Assembly: GCF_006345805.1 (NCBI RefSeq)
Contig: NC_043000.1
Span: forward strand, 92,256,001 to 92,320,000
Direction of reading: 5' to 3'
Length of the DNA stretch: 64,000 bases
From: Octopus sinensis
Taxonomy: Eukaryota
Shown piece after piece: positions 36,850 to 52,325 of the stretch. The notes under the pieces were generated by a model that saw only the letters and a list, made by a program, of their open reading frames with translations, did no database searches and was not told the origin of the DNA. Each line of letters opens with the position of its first letter. The first letter of the stretch is position 1. The translations under genes and the position numbers were made by a program.

Positions 36850-37828
36850 ATGTCCGATTTTCTTATGCACCAAGTTTGTCAGTCGTTAACTCTAATGTTT
36901 TATCCTGACAATTCTTTGTTTTGCAACACTAAAGAGTTAGATTATCAATTTTCAAATTGCACTTCATAGTGTTAATTATATTTTGAGTTTTCTCTTGTAA
37001 GTCAATTTTTGTGAACCTATGAATAGATAAAAAATTCTTGTTTATGAATATAAGTTCTGTCGTGGAACCAATGCATTCCAGAGAGCTTGAAACACCAATG
37101 AGGTGTTTGGTGAAGATGTGGTGAATGAGTGAACTGTATGTAGATGGTCTGAGAAGTTCCGGTCTGGTGACTTTACTTTTGAAAATCACCCCTGTGGTGG
37201 AACTGAGACCAAGGTGGATAATGATGAGCTGGAAACTGTAGTGGAAGTGAAAACATCTCAAACTATGCATGAGTTAGCAACAAAGTTTGATGTTTTGATT
37301 CCATCTGTATTGGACCAGCTGAAACAAACTAGCAAAGTAAAGAAACTGAACAAGTGGGTACCACATGAACTGAACGAGCATCAAATGACATGTTATCTTG
37401 AAACTTGCTGTTCTTTGCTGGCACAGCATAAAATTGAACCATTTTTGCCTTGTATTGTTATGTGTGATGAAAAATGGATTCTTTTCAACAATAGCAAGCA
37501 TTCTGCAAAATGGTTAGATAGAGACGAAGTACCAAACCACGATCCAAAAAAGTATATTCACCAAAAAACTAATGGTATCTGTCTGGTGGTCCAGCACTGA
37601 TGTCATCCATTACAGCTTCATGAGACCTGGTATGTCAAGTATACATCAACCAGTTGAATGAAATGATGAGAGAAGTTGCAATTAAACAACCAGGATTGGT
37701 CAATAGAGCCAGGTCAATTCTCTTGCAAGACAATGCTTGACCACATGTTGCACAAAGAACACTACTTGAGTAACAGGAACTGAACTTGGAAGTACGCTGT
37801 CATCCACCATATTCTCCAGACCTGGCAT
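36850..37828 (+). pseudogene. Mariner (DD34D-type) transposase relic
   Basis: WVPHEL, CDEKWI (ORF 37214-37600), LLQDNA*PH and HPPYSPDLA (~37800-37828); N-terminal VFGEDVVNE*TV.RW.EKFRSGDF. Confidence 0.92.
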
Positions 37829-38059
37829 GAGGGGTATTTATGTGATGCCAGCATGTGCATTTTTTTATGTGGCACCGACTCATGTGTGTTTAATATGGTG
37901 CCAGCACAATTGCTCATTATGTTGCTGTGGCACAGACCATAAAGGACTTGCTTGCATGCATGGAGGGCTACAGCTTTATTTGCATGGCTTTTTTCCCAAG
38001 CATGTCAAGTCATTGTAAGCCTCAGTCTCTCATCATTCCCTCAGTGAGGCCCATCATCT

Positions 38060-38720
38060 TATAAAATCATTAACATCACTTTTATTCTGAACAAATAGCA
38101 ATGTCAAAACTAAAGTAGGCTTCACTGATTGGTTTTCAATAGAGTTAAGCATACCACAAGGGTGTATTCTTTTTCCTGTTTTGTTTAACATCTATAACAA
38201 AAGTCTAACAAGGAAAGCTCTGAAAGATTTTGAAGTTATAGAAAATACTGGAGATAAATGGTCACCCTACATCTCAGATATGTGAATGATATTGTTTTTA
38301 TTTCTTTTAGAATAGGAGAACTGCAGATTATGATGATGACATTCCAAGAAAAAGAGAACAGTATGATTTATTCATTAATTTTGACAAAATTAAATCAATG
38401 ATTGTCTCAAGAACATATGATCAGGATAATTCTATAATAATTTATAATTAAACTGTCAAAGCAGTGAATGAGTTCTTATGTACTGGAAGTATTTATTACA
38501 AATCAATGTAACGACATCAAAGAAAGTTACAGAAGTATCCCAATAGCAAAAAATCTGCAGTTAAACCACATTTAAACCATATTTAGAGAAATCTGTCTGT
38601 ATATAAACGTTTGAATTGGTGCATATAATACTTGGATCACAAAACTGGATGCTAAAAATGTTGAAGTAAAAAAAAAGAGAGTTTCCATGTAGAAGAATGT
38701 TTTAACTTGTTTGAGTCATT
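38060..38720 (+). pseudogene. Old RTE RT relic
   Basis: LYSEQIA...WFSIELSIPQGCILFPVLFNIY...ELQIMM...YDLFINFDKIKSMIV, matching RQGCILSPxLFNIY...ELQ...YGLxINxxKTKxM. Confidence 0.65.
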
Positions 38721-40466
38721 TGATTATGGTCATGTGAACATATTGACCTCAGGAGTAATTTTTCATTTTTAGATTAGTACTTATTTTATCAATCTCTTAT
38801 CCCAAACTGCTAAGTAATGTGGACATAAACACAGCAACACCGGTTGCCAACTGTCGAGGGAGGACAAACACAGACACAAAATAACATACACACACACATG
38901 CATGCACGCATGCACACATGCAAAATCATGCCCATGCACATACACACACACACATATAATGGTCTTCTTTCATTTTCCATCTACAAAATCCACTCACAAG
39001 GCTTTGGTCAGCCTGTGGCTATAGTGGAAGGCATTTGCCCAAGGTGCCACTCAGTGGCACTGAACCCAGAATCTACACATATGTATGTAGTATGTATAAA
39101 CGCATGTGTGCATGTGAATAAGATTATTTATTTTCCTGCACATATTTGTGTGTAACTGTATGCTTTTACACTTGTAAATATGTGATATTTATTCACATAC
39201 ATCTGCTGTAAGAGAGAGAGAGAATTATGCATTAGATCAGTCAATAGAATTTAATATCGTGACCCAAATGAATGATAGTTCACATCCTACCACAACCTAC
39301 ATGTTGCATTTATGCGTCATTCACATTTAACTCTCAAAAGTTCAGGGCCATAGAACTGTAAGTTCAACACTAAAATAGAATAAGATTTTTTTTCCTGTTC
39401 TTGCAAGTACTTGGTGACCTAGTCAGTGCAGAGACCACTTAAAAGCACTCAGTCCACACAGTAAAGTGGTTGGTGTTCAGAAGGGCATCCAGCTGTAAAA
39501 ACCTTGCCAAAACTGACCTCGCCTGTGCTTGTGCCACATAAAAACCACTAAGTTCACTCTGCTGAGTGGTTGGTGTTAGAAAGGGCATCCAGCTGTAAAA
39601 ATCTGACCAAAACAGTCACAGAAGTCTGGTGCAGGCTTCGGCCTGGCCAGCTCTTGTGAAACTGTCCCACCCATGCTAGCATGGAGGGCAGATGTTAAAT
39701 GATGATGATGATGATGACGATGGTTATACCTATTGATAAACACGTGTAGTATTTTAGTGAATATTCCAATAAATATTGAATAGCCCTGTATTCAATTTTT
39801 GTCATAATAATATCTGTTAGCCCTTTTGATACCATCCTGCATAAAATTACCTATGGCCCTATGGTACAAACTTTATGAGTTAAAGTGATCTAAATGAAAG
39901 CCATTCATCATAATTTCATTAATAATATATTTTCAAAACACCTAATTATTAATTAAACTCTCTTTTACTTGTTTCAGTCATGTGACTGTGGCCATGCTGG
40001 AGCACCGCCTTTAGTTGAGCAAATCAACTCCAGGACTTATTCTTTGTAAGCCTAGTAATTATTCTATTGGTCTCTTTTGCCAAACCACTAAGCTACGGGG
40101 ACGTAAACACACCAGCATCGATTGTCAAGCAATGTTGGGGGAGACAAACACAGACACACAAACATATACATGCACACACATATATATATATACATATATA
40201 CGACGGTCTTCTTTCAGTTTCCATCTACAAAATCCACTCACAAGGCTTTAGTTGGCCCGAGGCTATGGTAGAAGACACTTGCCCAAGGTGCCATGCAGTG
40301 GGACTGAACCTGAAATCATGTGGTTCACAAGTAAGCTACTTACCACACAGTCACTCTTACGCCTATGAAAAATTTATTTTATAAAATTCTTCATCAAAGT
40401 TGCAGCCTGAGGCTGACCAAAGCCTTGTGAGTGGATTTGGTAGTTGGAAACTGAAAGAAGCCTGTC

Positions 40467-40499
<33 letters not shown>

Positions 40500-41288
40500 G
40501 TATGTGTAAATGTGTGTGTGTGTTAATTTATGTGTGCCTTTGTGTCTGTGCTTGTCCCCCCCCATCACCACTTGATAACCAGTGTTGGTGTGTTTATATC
40601 CACGTAACTTAGCAGTTCAGCAAAAGTGACTGATAGAATAGGTACTAGGCTTTAAAAAATAAGTCTTGAGGTTGATTTGTTTGACTAAAATCCTTCAAGG
40701 TGATGCTCCAGCATGGCTGCAGTCAAATTACTGAAACAAGTAAAGGAATAAAATAAAGAATATGTATATATGTGTGTGTGTGTGTGTGTATACATGTATA
40801 TTTACATATATAAGCCCATACATTTATATGTGTGCATGAATACATGTATGCGTACATATACATAATTTAACATGCACAGAAAAATCTACATGTGCATAAA
40901 CAGTAATATTTGCAATCACATATGCAAATAAACATAGGGAAAGGCATATATTTACGCATTCACATACAAACAATCACACAGACTCATGTACAAAGTGTGT
41001 TAGCAAATACAAACACTCATACACACAAACGCTCACACGCATACATAAACAAATGCGCACATTTACACACACATACACCCACACATAAGCAAACAATAGA
41101 ATAGCAGCAGTCAAACAAACAAATAGACCTTATCAACATGATGTAGTAATTAAAAGAAGAGTTGAACCATGACTTTTTACCATGTCCAGAACTTCAATTA
41201 AACATTGCATTTTTTTTATTTTTTCATATTACAACAGTCATTCCATATCAGGCATATACAGAAGCATAAATAACAAGAACTAGGCATA

Positions 41289-44112
<2,824 letters not shown>

Positions 44113-44435
44113 TGAGACCCCCTTCGGTCATGACACAGACCATGGGATTGCACCTAGAAAGTTACCCTCCCAGGCACAAGTCCAGGCAAGCAGTTGCCCA
44201 TGCATATCAGCCTCCCCTCTCCATGCCACTGGTGTTATCCAAGGGAAAGGTAACGGCCGATACAGCTTGGCACCAGTGACATCACAACTCATTTCTACAG
44301 CTGAGTGAACTGGAGCAACATGAAATAAAGTGCTTTGCTCAAGTACGAACACAACACGCAGCCTGGTCCAGGATTCGAGCTCACAACCTCACGATCGTAA
44401 GCTCGATGCTCTAACCACTGAGCCATGCACCTTCA
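44113..44435 (-). mobile_element. tRNA-derived SINE family C, tail type 2
   Basis: Minus-strand head tggctcagtggttagagc...gctcgaatcc, core ttgagcaaagcacttt...ccagttcactcagctgta; tail shared with 13840-14025 and 19345-19590. Confidence 0.85.
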
Positions 44436-45889
44436 CAATAATAATAATAATAATGATTATAATCCTGTCATCTATAGGCACAAGGCCTGAAATTTTGGTG
44501 AGGGTTAAGTCGATTACATTGACCCCAGTACTCAGCTGGTGCTTATTCTATTGCTTATTCTCTTGCAGTGGAGTAATCTTCATAGCAGTCTTGTTTGAAA
44601 GACAGAGCTGTCCTATATGGGACAGCATATATTTGACATTACTACATGAGTTAGTAATACTTGGCCACTGAATGAGTGCATGAAGAATTATTTCGTTAAT
44701 CTGCATACATTAATTACACAGTCAGTACTAAAACGTACAATGGTAATCAGATACAAAATGAACATCATCATCACCATCTTTATCATCATATTCATCATCA
44801 TCATCCTCATCATTTTCCTCATGTTATATTCATCATCGAATGTGGCAAGCTGGCAGAATCATTAGCACGCTGGGCAAAATGCTTAGCGGTATTTCATCTG
44901 TCTTTATGTTCTGAGTTCAAATTCCATTGAGGTTGACTTCACCTTTTATCCTTTCGGGGTTGATAAATTAAATACCAGTAGTGTACTGGGGTCTATCTAA
45001 TTCGAAATTTTGGGGGAGGGTACTAGTTGATTACATCGACCCTAGTGTTTCACCGGTACTTAATTTATTGACCTTGAAAGGATGAAAGGCAAAGTCAACC
45101 TTGGCAGAATTTGAACTTAGTACAGAGCAATAGGCAAAATACCACTAAGCATTTCTCCTGACACGCTAATGATTCTGCCAGCTCACTGTCTAATTATTAT
45201 TATAATAGTAATAATAATAATAATGATATTGGTACTCAGTTGGTTATGACAAGGATTCCAGTTGATTGGGTCAATGGAACAGCCTGCTAATGAAATTAAC
45301 GTGCAAGTGGCTGAGCACTCCAGAGATACACATGGCACAGTGGACAAGGCTGGCCCTTTGAAATACAGGTACTAGTAATTTTTGCCAGTTGAGTGAACTG
45401 GAGCAATGAGAAATAAAGTGTCTTAATCAAGGACACAACATGTCCCTGGGAATTGAACATACGACCTTGCGATCGGGAGTCAAATACCCTAACCACTAAG
45501 CCATGCACCTTCACTAATAACAATAATAATCCTTTCTAATATAGGCACAAGAGCTGACATTTTGTGGAGAGGGACTAAGCAGATTACATCGATCCCAGTG
45601 TTTCACTGGTACTAAATTTATTGACTTCCGAAAGGATGAAAGGCAAAGCTGACCTTGGCAGAACTTGAATTCAGAATGTAGCGATGGGGAAATTATCACT
45701 AAGCATTTTGTCTAGCATACTAACAATTCTGCCAGCTCGCCACCTTACTACTACTACTACTACTACTACTACTAATGATAATAATAATAATAATTATAAT
45801 TATAATAATGATGATGAAGAGATAACCTCGGTCCCGACCAAAACCTTGAGAGTAGATTTGGTAGACAGCAACTGAAAGAACCCGTTGTG

Positions 45890-45946
<57 letters not shown>

Positions 45947-46139
45947 GTTTGTGTGTCTGTGTTTGTCCCCCCCCCCCCAACATCGCTTGACAACCGATGC
46001 TGGTGTGTTTACGTCCCCTAACTTAGTAGTTCGGCAAAAGAGACCGATAGAATAAGTAGTAGGCTCGATTTGCTCGACTAAAGGTGGTGCTCCAGCATGG
46101 CCACAGTCAAATTACTGAAACAAGTAAAAGAGTAAAGAG

Positions 46140-46529
46140 ATAGAGAATAGGAAACCAGACATAGTGTTAATTGAGAAAGAAAACAATGCTGGCATCAAGT
46201 TATGCAATAAGGAAGAAAGAACAGTCAATAGATATGACAGGTTGGCTTGGGAGGTTAAGCAGTTATGGTCGATGTAATAGGTGATAGTAATATCAATAAT
46301 TGTTGGAGCCCTGAGAACAGTGAGTAAAAATCTTGAGAAGTACATGGAATAAATAGGGGCTGCAATAAGGGTGGAGCACTTGCAGAAAACAGCACTACTA
46401 GAAACTACTGGAATAATCCAGATGGTGCTTGAAAAATAAGGGGTGTTACCTTAGTTCACTGGCTGTGAACAGCTGGCACCATAGTACATCTCCAGCGTTA
46501 GAAGCTGTGCAAAGACAATAAATAATAAT
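46140..46529 (+). mobile_element. R4/Dong-like REL retrotransposon fragment 1
   Basis: IENRKPDIVLIEKE...RYDRLAWEVKQLWSM...IIVGALRTVSKNLEKY...LQKTALLET...MVLEK* (stop 46437-46439), short UTR, aataaataataat tail. Confidence 0.75.
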
Positions 46530-47215
46530 CTATATTGGTTAATATGTCAGCATTATAAAATCAAAAACTGCTGACAAATGGTACAAGCACTACCCTGAGG
46601 CTGTAACTAAGGGAGAAAATGTAATGATTCTTTGAGATTTTCCAGTATATACAGACAGAACCATGAAAGCTGATGAACTGAATATTGTTGTGAAAGGCCA
46701 GAACAATAAAGTTTGTTTATTGATTAATATGAGCATTCCTTGTGATCATAATATCTTGGCAAAAGAATTTGACAAACTCAGGAATATAAAAATTCGTTCA
46801 CTGAAATCAAAAAAAATGTGGCATCTCAGATGGTTACAACACTAGTGATTGTAGGAGGACCTAGAATGATCATAGAAGAGAACTGAAAATTATTTTTTAG
46901 AATGACCCCTAGATTACCATCCATGCAAGAACTGTAAAAGATTGTTTTAACTGGTACATCACATGCAATGAGAAGAGCATTGTTGCTGTGAATTTTCATT
47001 CCTTTTTCCTCTTTTTTCTTTGTTTTCTTATTTTTTCATTTTTTCATTTTTCTGTTTTTTTCCTATCACATAACTTAATTTTGTAAATGAGCAATCTGGT
47101 GTGTTCATTTTCATGGCCTACCAATGTATGCTGTGAGTTTCTTTGCTCTAGGTGTCAGGAAGACTCTCAGTAAGAAATGGAAACAAAATTGAAAGAAGGA
47201 AAAAAAAAGAAATAA
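46530..47215 (+). mobile_element. R4/Dong-like REL retrotransposon fragment 2 (same subfamily as 1505-1940)
   Basis: IYWLICQHY...WYKHYPE...DFPVYTDRT...CLLINMSIPCDHNILAKEFDKL; 3' UTR matches 1515-1600; (TAA)n follows. Confidence 0.85.
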
Positions 47216-47248
47216 CCATAATGATAATAATAATGATAATAATAATAA

Positions 47249-48346
47249 GGCAAAGGAATATCTAAGTGAATTCCGAATACAACAAATTTCGGAATTAGAC
47301 ATACAAGAATCAAGCACAGAAAAAGCTAAATGCATGAAAACCCGTGCTAAAACTGCTGCCTTAGATATTCTGAATGATAAATGGCAAGAAAAACCTCTCT
47401 ATGGCAAATACCCAAAGAGAGCGAATAATGAAGATGTTGACAAAGCCCTGACACATCAATGGCTAATGGCCTCTGGCTTAAAATCTGAAACAGAAGGGTT
47501 TATCATAGCAGCTCAAGATCAATGCCTACCAACAAGAAACTACCCGGCCAAAATATTAAAGAACGGCAATAGCCCAACATGTCGTGTATGTCAACAATAA
47601 AATGAAACCATTGATCATGTTGTCTCCAAGTGCAGTCTTCTAGTGCCTACAGAGTATCTCAACAGGCATGATAGAGCTGCACAATATATTCACTGGGTAA
47701 TCTGCAAAAACCTGGATTTGCCCCATGAAAACAACTGGTGGGAACACAAACCACCTCCAGTGCTTGAAAATGACCACATCTCACTCCTCTGGAACTTCCC
47801 CATTCAAACTGACAGAAAGATAGATGCAAATAGGCCAGACATCATATTGAAAGACTTCAAACAAAGAACATGCCTCCTCATTGATATGACTGTCTGAATC
47901 GATATAAACGTATCTGTCAAGACCTACCAAAAACTGAGCAAATATAAAGATCTTGAAATAGAAATCAGCAAAATGTGGGACCTGAAGACTAAAACAATAC
48001 CTGTTGCCATAGGTGCCCTGGGAATGATAGCAAAAGGGGCTGATCGCTACCTAACTCAGATACCAGGAAACCCCAAAATGGCAGAAATTCAAAAGATAGT
48101 TCTCATGGGAACTGCTCATATCCTACGCAAAATACTTTCTCTGTAACCTCAAGTTTTAAAACAAACATAACTTTTTTCTTTAGGCATTCACTAGTACAAC
48201 ACTAAATACAAAACCAAATATATGGCACACTAGGCATAACAACAATACGAACTTCCAGCCTGTTGCCTCTTGAGGTCTCTGGGTTAGACTTGTAGCCAAC
48301 TTGTACAAATATAAAGCAAAAGTCAAACATAGTATAATAATAATAA
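47249..48346 (+). mobile_element. R4/Dong-like REL retrotransposon fragment 3
   Basis: LKSETEGFIIAAQDQCL; CCHC knuckle CRVCQQ*NETIDHVVSKC; YLNRHD; REL NRPDII..D; KLSKYKDL..EISKMW..IPVAIGALG; stop 48144-48146; (TAA)n on both sides. Confidence 0.92.
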
Positions 48347-48349
48347 GCA

Positions 48350-49500
48350 TTGAATATTCTCTAAAATTTTTGAGTACCTCTTATCTCCTCAATGCATTGT
48401 TGTTATATAGGGACCTTATAGAATAAGTCTTTATTTAAAGGTAGATTGGAAATGCTTCTAAATGTTGCTGCAGGCATATTTAATGATAATATTGATGGAA
48501 GAGTAGTTGTGATCAAATTTATATCATGTTATATCAAGATGGATGCTTAAAAATCTTTTAGGTGTGTGTTTGTAGATTAAGTAAATTTTAACTACCTAAA
48601 AAGGCTGATTAACTTCTTTCTAAAATCTGTTTGTGCCATGTCCATTTCTGTGGCATAATGCATCAAGCTGATCATCTCTGTATAATCTGAAATTAGCTTC
48701 ACTTTTTCTAAATGCATGTATAAAAAGAAAGGCAACATGATCAAATATTTCAGCACCATCAAAACTCTACAGATATATATTGAAGTTTCATTTCCACACT
48801 TAATACTCTAGTAAAAAAATATTGCAACATAAAAAAATGAAACAAGAGAACTTTCTCACATTCTTTATTGTACTAATTACGGTGACATATATTTTACTAA
48901 ATTCTAAGGTTTTCAGAAGAAAGTTTCTGGAGAAGAGTTGTTTAAATTCATCAATATTGAACTGGATAAAACTACAGCTGGGTTTATCGATGATATTGTA
49001 AAACCACTTAATGGTGGCTCAATTACAATCCATTATGTTAAATTAGTAGCTAATCTAATTCTTGTATTAATGGAATCTAATATATGCTTACTGATTATAC
49101 CTAATTTGCTTTTCATGGAGTTTATTAGTCTCTATTTATGATCGTTAGTGAAGTTTTCTTTGTGTTCCTTGAGCGTGAAATACCACTTATGTTGACTGAA
49201 GCGTTCAGTACTACTATATAATTTTAAATGCGCAGCTAACTCCTTTGCCTGATCATTTATTAAATGGTCTAGGGTTATTCAATGTATTCATTATATTGGC
49301 TAGTAGTAATCAAGTTCATGTATTTCTATTAGCATTATAGACATGTTTAGAATTTTCTGCTTGCACAAATAGGTTGCTTGAATTTTGTAAAGGTTAAAGT
49401 TGCTCTTTTAAATCATTTTAGAAGATATTAGTGTGATTTAAATTTCACTTCTGCAATAATTTTAATAAAATCCTCTTCGAATATTTCCATTCTTTGATGT
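48350..49500 (-). pseudogene. Decayed Penelope-like element (PLE) reverse transcriptase
   Basis: Manual minus-strand translation across frameshifts: FTLKEHKENF (49150-49173 core), RLINSMKSKLGIISKHILDSIN, IKWFYNIIDKPSCSFIQFNIDEF (~48944), SFDGAEI (48749-48766), LYRDD (48671-48685). Motif order matches PLE RT (TLKDHKENF, FDIxEFYPS, MGSFDGAE, YRDDG). Confidence 0.85.
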
Positions 49501-49547
49501 ACAAGGATTATGCTGGTTTAGATGACTGTTGGTAGTGGAGACCCAAA

Positions 49548-49780
49548 AAGATATAAACAAAAGACGAAGGCAGGTTTACGAAAATAAACAAAAGACGAAG
49601 GCAGGTGGAGTACAAACAAATAATGTATTAGTATGGCGCTCAGGAATAGAAATAAAACAAGTCTTTTACGTTTCGAGCCTACGCTCTTCGACAGAAAGAT
49701 ACACAGAAAAGAAACAAGGAGAGAAAAAACATTTTGTATGTAGGGGCTAACGATTCAACATGGCGTTCCCATATATATAT
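49548..49780 (-). mobile_element. HHR-bearing PLE pseudo-LTR-like element
   Basis: Near-identical inverted copy at ~57690-57925; internal ~28-bp tandem duplication; abuts (TA)n. Confidence 0.75.
49662..49699 (-). ncRNA. Minimal type I HHR-like motif, A6U variant
   Basis: UCUUU-CUGUCGA-A-GAGC(guag)GCUC-GAAA-CG-U-A-AAAGA; palindromic ACGU replaces helix III. Confidence 0.6.
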
Positions 49781-52069
49781 ATATATATATTATATAAAAT
49801 CCATTCTTTCTATCTGTATATGTGTCAGGATATGGAACCTTACAAAGGAGATGACAAAGAACTGAGATATCTGGTGCCTTTCTGTACTCAAGAAGATCAG
49901 TCCTCCACAGAAGAAGTGTTAATGCTGCTCCCCCTGATGAAGAGGATTGGCCTGCAATAGCTCTGTGCCAGTGCCACATAAAAAGCACCCAACACACTCT
50001 GTGAAGTTTTCAGTGTTAAGAAGAGCATCAAGCTGCAGGAACCAAGCCAAATCAGACTAGAACTGGTGCAGCTCTCTTGCTTGCCCGCTCTGGTCAAGCC
50101 ATCCAACCTATGCAAGCTTGGAAAACTGATATTAAATGATAATGATGAAAGCCTTATGATGATGATGAAAGCCTTATGTTCCAGTCTGCCTAATAAACTC
50201 CATACATAGATTCAATTATTCAAAGGGTTTTGGTCAGCCTGAGGCCATATTAAAAGACACTTGCCCAAGGTGACACACTGAGACTAGACTGATGTGGTTG
50301 GGAAGCAAGCTTCTTACCACATCCATATCTGCCTGTATATATGGTGGCACAATTTGAAAGATCCTGGTGTAGGAAGTTAGTGAGCTTCAAGCATGCACAC
50401 AGCTAATATAGATGACAAAAGATGGATAAAAGAGTTTAATAACCATCGTATGTTATACACTTCATTCCATACTGAGATCAATGGGAGTTATGATAAGATG
50501 ACAGTCACTATAAAACTCACAGCTTAGCAACTAGAATTATTGATTAGGCAAAAAAAAAAAAATTGAAGAATATGAGAAATGGAAAGGTAAATGAAGACTA
50601 CATATGTTTCATAGCTAAACAATGTGTGTTACATAACTTGTAACACACACAAAACTGAAAACTACTAACATAATTGTGAAAATACAAATAATGAGAAGAG
50701 AGTGTTAAGAAGAAAATAAAAATGATGATACTACAACTGTTATTAATAAAAGTAAAGATCATAGTATTAGTATTATAACTAATAATAACAATAACAATAG
50801 TGTGAATGATAATAATGATGATGGGAAACAGTCGGTACAGGGATACCGAAGACTAATAATAGATAGTAATGTGTGTGCTAGGGGAGATGTTGTGGGTGGT
50901 AGGAAATATGCAATAAACCACAAGATAGCTAACAGAAATATTCTGGTGACCTTAGAATGCAACATAGAGAGACATAAAAGAGAAAGAAATGAAAAAAAGG
51001 GAGAAAGCTAGTGGAGGTGAGTGTGCCCTAAAGAGTTGAAGTAGAAACATCAAATTTACAAGTTAACTGAAGTGTGGTCAACAAACTTATAAAATATGTT
51101 AGTTTTGAATGAATATATAGCATATAAGGGCATACGGTGAATTGAAGATTTATGAAATTAAAAATTATACCTAAAATTTAAAACTTCAGTATGCACTGGT
51201 GTAGTGTCAAGAAAGAGTCATAAAATGAGGAGTAGATAAAATGTAGAGAGTGAAAAATGATATTTAGCTAGTTATAAAGACAGCAACCCTATAAAAGGGT
51301 ACTGCAGGGAAAATAGAGTTAGTGTAAAATATAAAAAACATTGCCCTTTTCAAGCCTAGCCAGGTTCATGGGCCTGGTTTCCTGGTTTCTGTGCCATATG
51401 TGTTCCCCCAAGCTGGACGGGACACCAATCCATCGCAGCGTTACTCAAGAAACAAGAAGAGAGAGTGATAGAAAATTGTGATGAAAGAGTACATCAGGGG
51501 TCACCACCACCCCCTGCCAGAGCCTCGTGGAACTTTTAGATGTGTTCGCTCAATAAGCACCCACAACGCCCAGTCTGGGAATCAAAACTGCGATCCTCCA
51601 ACCGTGAGTCCACTGCCTTAACCACTGGGCCATTTCACCTCCATATTGTAAAATATATAATGTATAAAATTTAAAAGTATAAAAATTATAAATTTAGAAA
51701 TATGCTGTTTGAGAAGAGAAATACAAAAAAAAAAGGCAGAGAAATATCTTTTCCCCATCTCTTTCCTGGCTAGATGTGGGTACATGTGTAGTAAACATGT
51801 TGCATGTGATTCTGTTGACACGGTTCAGCTAGCAGTGATGGTGTTTATGTTCCACATGAACAAAATATCCAGCAGCAAGGTAACTCATTACAAAATCGTA
51901 GAATAAAGTGCTCTACTTGAAAACAGGGAAAGCTCAGCATCAGGAATGGTGTGTGCAATATGAATCATTGCCTGAGCACATTGTTTCCTACTCATGCCAG
52001 TATAGCAAGAAAAAAAAAGAAAAAAGAAGGGCTTAAAAGTGATTGTACTATAGTGGTGATGGAAATACA

Positions 52070-52325
52070 GATGACGATAGTGATGACGATGATGATTAGT
52101 GATGATGATGATGATGATGATGACAACAAAAATGAGGACAATGATGACTGATGATGATGATGACAATGAGGATTAGTAATGATGACAATGAAAATGATGA
52201 CAATGATGACTGGTGATGATGATGGTGATGTTAGGGATGATGATGACGCTGCCAATGATGATGATGATGATGACAATGATGATGATGGTGATAACGACGA
52301 CGACAACGACGATAATGATGATATA
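52070..52325. repeat. (GAT)n-type trinucleotide tract
   Basis: Direct. Confidence 0.9.

Noticed and set aside
38311-38360. Apparent 50-nt exon (tttcttttag / NRRTADYDDDIPRKRE / gtatga)
   Set aside because: Another frame (ELQIMM...YDLFINFDKIKSM) continues the surrounding RTE RT relic, so it is TE sequence.
44372-44432. tRNA gene
   Set aside because: A/B boxes are present but run into a SINE core and tail; no acceptor stem. All tRNA-like hits here are SINE heads.
48938-49141. Plus-strand 67-aa ORF
   Set aside because: Antisense shadow of the minus-strand PLE RT relic.
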